From positions 402,938 through 436,667 of the forward strand of contig CAJNOI010000010.1 of the NCBI GenBank assembly GCA_905250115.1: 33,730 nt of DNA. Reading direction: 5' to 3'. Below are positions 32,301 through 33,730 of this stretch, piece by piece; the first letter of the stretch is position 1; every line of letters begins with the position of its first letter. Below the pieces are notes generated by a model. It ran no database searches. It worked only from the letters and a program-made list of their open reading frames with translations, and had not been told where the DNA came from. A program made the translations under genes and the position numbers. Source of the DNA: Adineta steineri. Lineage: Eukaryota.

Positions 32301-33730
32301 TGCATGTAAACTTAGTTTAAAACAACTTATTGAAGGTAATCAAGGTCGATTACATGGTACAGCTAAATTAGTAGCATCTCATCAAAATAATATTGATATT
32401 GGTACATTTGGTGTTGTTGAATATTGGGTTCGTTTACGTGTACCAATGGAACAAGCATTCCGTTTATTAAAAGAAAAAATGAAAGCTCAGGGTTATCTTG
32501 TTACAACGAGTCGACAATCAACGAAAACATCAGATGATATTGAACAACGACATGAACTTGATCCAAATATGAATGAATTAACAATTGCTATACTTAATTG
32601 CTCAAATGTTAAAGCAGCTACTCCTGGTAAAAATTAATTTTTTGTTTAATAAATTAATTTTTTTTTATTTATTGTAGATCATCAACCTGATCTTTATTGT
32701 ATATATAAATTTTATGATTTTACTGATCATGATACAATAACAATTCCATCATCAAATAATCCAAATTTTGATGATCGTATACAATATCCTTGTCAAATGG
32801 ATGCTGATCTCGATCGGTATTTAAAACAATCACAATTAACAATATTTGTTTTTGATGATCGGGATCAAAAAGATGATCGTTATGCAGCACGTGCCGATAT
32901 ACCATTAATATCATTAGCACATGATAATGAAATTCGTGGAACATTTGATATGCATAATGATCGTGGAGAAAAAAATGGTACAATGGATGTAACATTAAAA
33001 TGGACTTATTCATATTTACCACCATCATCATCGACACGTACACCAAATCAACGTTCGAAAAGTATTCCAACAAATCCACGTGAACCATTAGCTTTATTAC
33101 CAGATGAAAGTGTATCTGGACATAAAACTATTGCTGAAAAACAACGAGAAATGAATGTAAGATTAACACCACAAGACGTTTTAGGATCAGATAGTGACCA
33201 AAGACCAAAACCAGGTAGATTGAAGAAAAACAAACGATAAAATTATTTTTTTGACAATATTTTCTTCTAAAGATTTACCAAGAAATAGTTCAGGTGTACC
33301 AGCAACGAGTATTTCACGACCAGTTCGTAATGCTAATCCAAATCATCATCCACGAACATTATCAAATGCAAGTTCGAACAGTAAACGAGGTACATCAATT
33401 TTAATATTATACTAATTATTCGAATAAATAATTTATATTTTAGTTAGTTTTGATAATCGAGATGATAATACACCAACAAAACTTCAACCTGGGGTTTGTT
33501 AATTCATCACTGAAATTAAAAGACTTTATTCGGATGTTTTTCTTGCTGAATTTTAGGATCAATCAATTACTGATGAAACAAATCGTACACTATCACCTGG
33601 TAAATATAAAAATACTTTATTTCGTTTAAACAATACTTTTTTTTCTCTTTAGAATCATCTGATGAAACAGAAAATCATCCAGTTACATCTACACGTTATG
33701 TTGATGAATCAGATCCAGATATTGTTTATC
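29385..33730 (+). CDS. RPGRIP1L-like: RPGRIP1/RPGRIP1L-like ciliary transition-zone protein. This is the 5' part (long coiled coil, then RPGRIP1-type C2 domains) and it continues beyond the window end.
   Basis: Many small exons follow from the ATG at 29385 (MDFTPARDTTTLSGLDQPQ, GTAGTT donor). Coiled-coil exons include ..[30 protein letters not shown], ..AEYRNKISELREQNKLLKQRVV.. and ..EQQIEHLRQQLSQRDNEHEQNLLRLR... The large exon 31759-32637 encodes NLIEIHISRASFNERALEYFGKNNEPSTFCSIEFFEHELQMTPIIKGKIPEYNFTAQYIVNVDDFLLYYLQKEYTLIELHQTVGQSFQTIAACKLSLKQL...GTFGVVEYWVRLRVPMEQAFRL. This matches the RPGRIP1-family first C2 domain (human RPGRIP1L NLFEIHI...TFC.YAFYDFELQTTP...PEYNFTSQY.V.V.D.FL.Y....T.EVHQA...ETIAAC.L). 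A second C2-like exon at 32679-33240 reads ..YCIYKFYDFTDHDTITIP..LTIFVFDD.D...D..AARADIPLISLAHDNEIRGTF. Exon boundaries are approximate. Confidence 0.65.

Noticed and set aside
31241-33233. Minus-strand ORFs 31241-31426, 32720-33088 and 33048-33233.
   Set aside because: They are antisense to RPGRIP1L-like coding exons, including the well-supported C2-domain exons. The translations are His/Met/Leu low complexity.
1-33730. Prokaryotic-style features: operons, RBS, CRISPR arrays and defence-system gene clusters.
   Set aside because: The sequence is clearly eukaryotic, with spliced genes, GT-AG introns and metazoan orthologs. I saw no CRISPR repeats, no bacterial gene organisation, and no tRNA, rRNA, SL RNA or U-snRNA genes by eye.

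Overview
This window is eukaryotic, not prokaryotic. It is AT-rich, and the genes are split by GT-AG introns. Many of these are micro-introns of about 48 to 61 nt, with a few long introns as well. This pattern, together with the gene content (a Fes-type kinase resembling SmFes), fits a platyhelminth genome, most plausibly a Schistosoma-like trematode. I hand-spliced the gene models below from the sequence. The summed exon lengths are multiples of three for Fes, GCHFR, LIS1, Kir, the tetraspan gene, TEP1 and CEP78, which supports the models. Splice coordinates should be treated as accurate to about 2 nt.

Gene order, left to right:
- Fes/Fer-type tyrosine kinase (F-BAR, SH2, kinase), + strand, 14 exons, about 809 aa.
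- GTP cyclohydrolase I feedback regulatory protein (GCHFR), + strand, 84 aa, 2 exons. Its ATG lies only about 36 nt after the Fes stop codon.
- LIS1/PAFAH1B1, - strand, 12 exons, 409 aa.
- A four-transmembrane (tetraspan) membrane protein, - strand, 317 aa.
- An inward-rectifier K+ channel (Kir), + strand, 3 exons, 456 aa, divergent from the tetraspan gene.
- A few unassigned coding-like exons, a roughly 170-bp palindromic MITE-like element, a single-exon coiled-coil ORF and a GC-rich short-period repeat.
- A large TEP1 homolog (telomerase/vault-associated protein 1: TROVE, DUF4062, NACHT, WD40), - strand, about 2732 aa. Five small 5' exons are followed by one 5.85-kb intronless terminal exon.
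- CEP78 (leucine-rich repeats plus coiled coil), + strand, 12 exons, 581 aa, divergent from TEP1.
- The 5' part of an RPGRIP1/RPGRIP1L-like ciliary protein (coiled coil plus RPGRIP1-type C2 domains), which runs off the window end.

No rRNA, tRNA or CRISPR array was recognised, and there is no operon-like bacterial organisation. The most unusual points are the near-contiguous Fes-GCHFR pair (a candidate SL trans-spliced polycistron), the TEP1 gene structure with an RGG-box insertion in its TROVE region, and the palindromic element.
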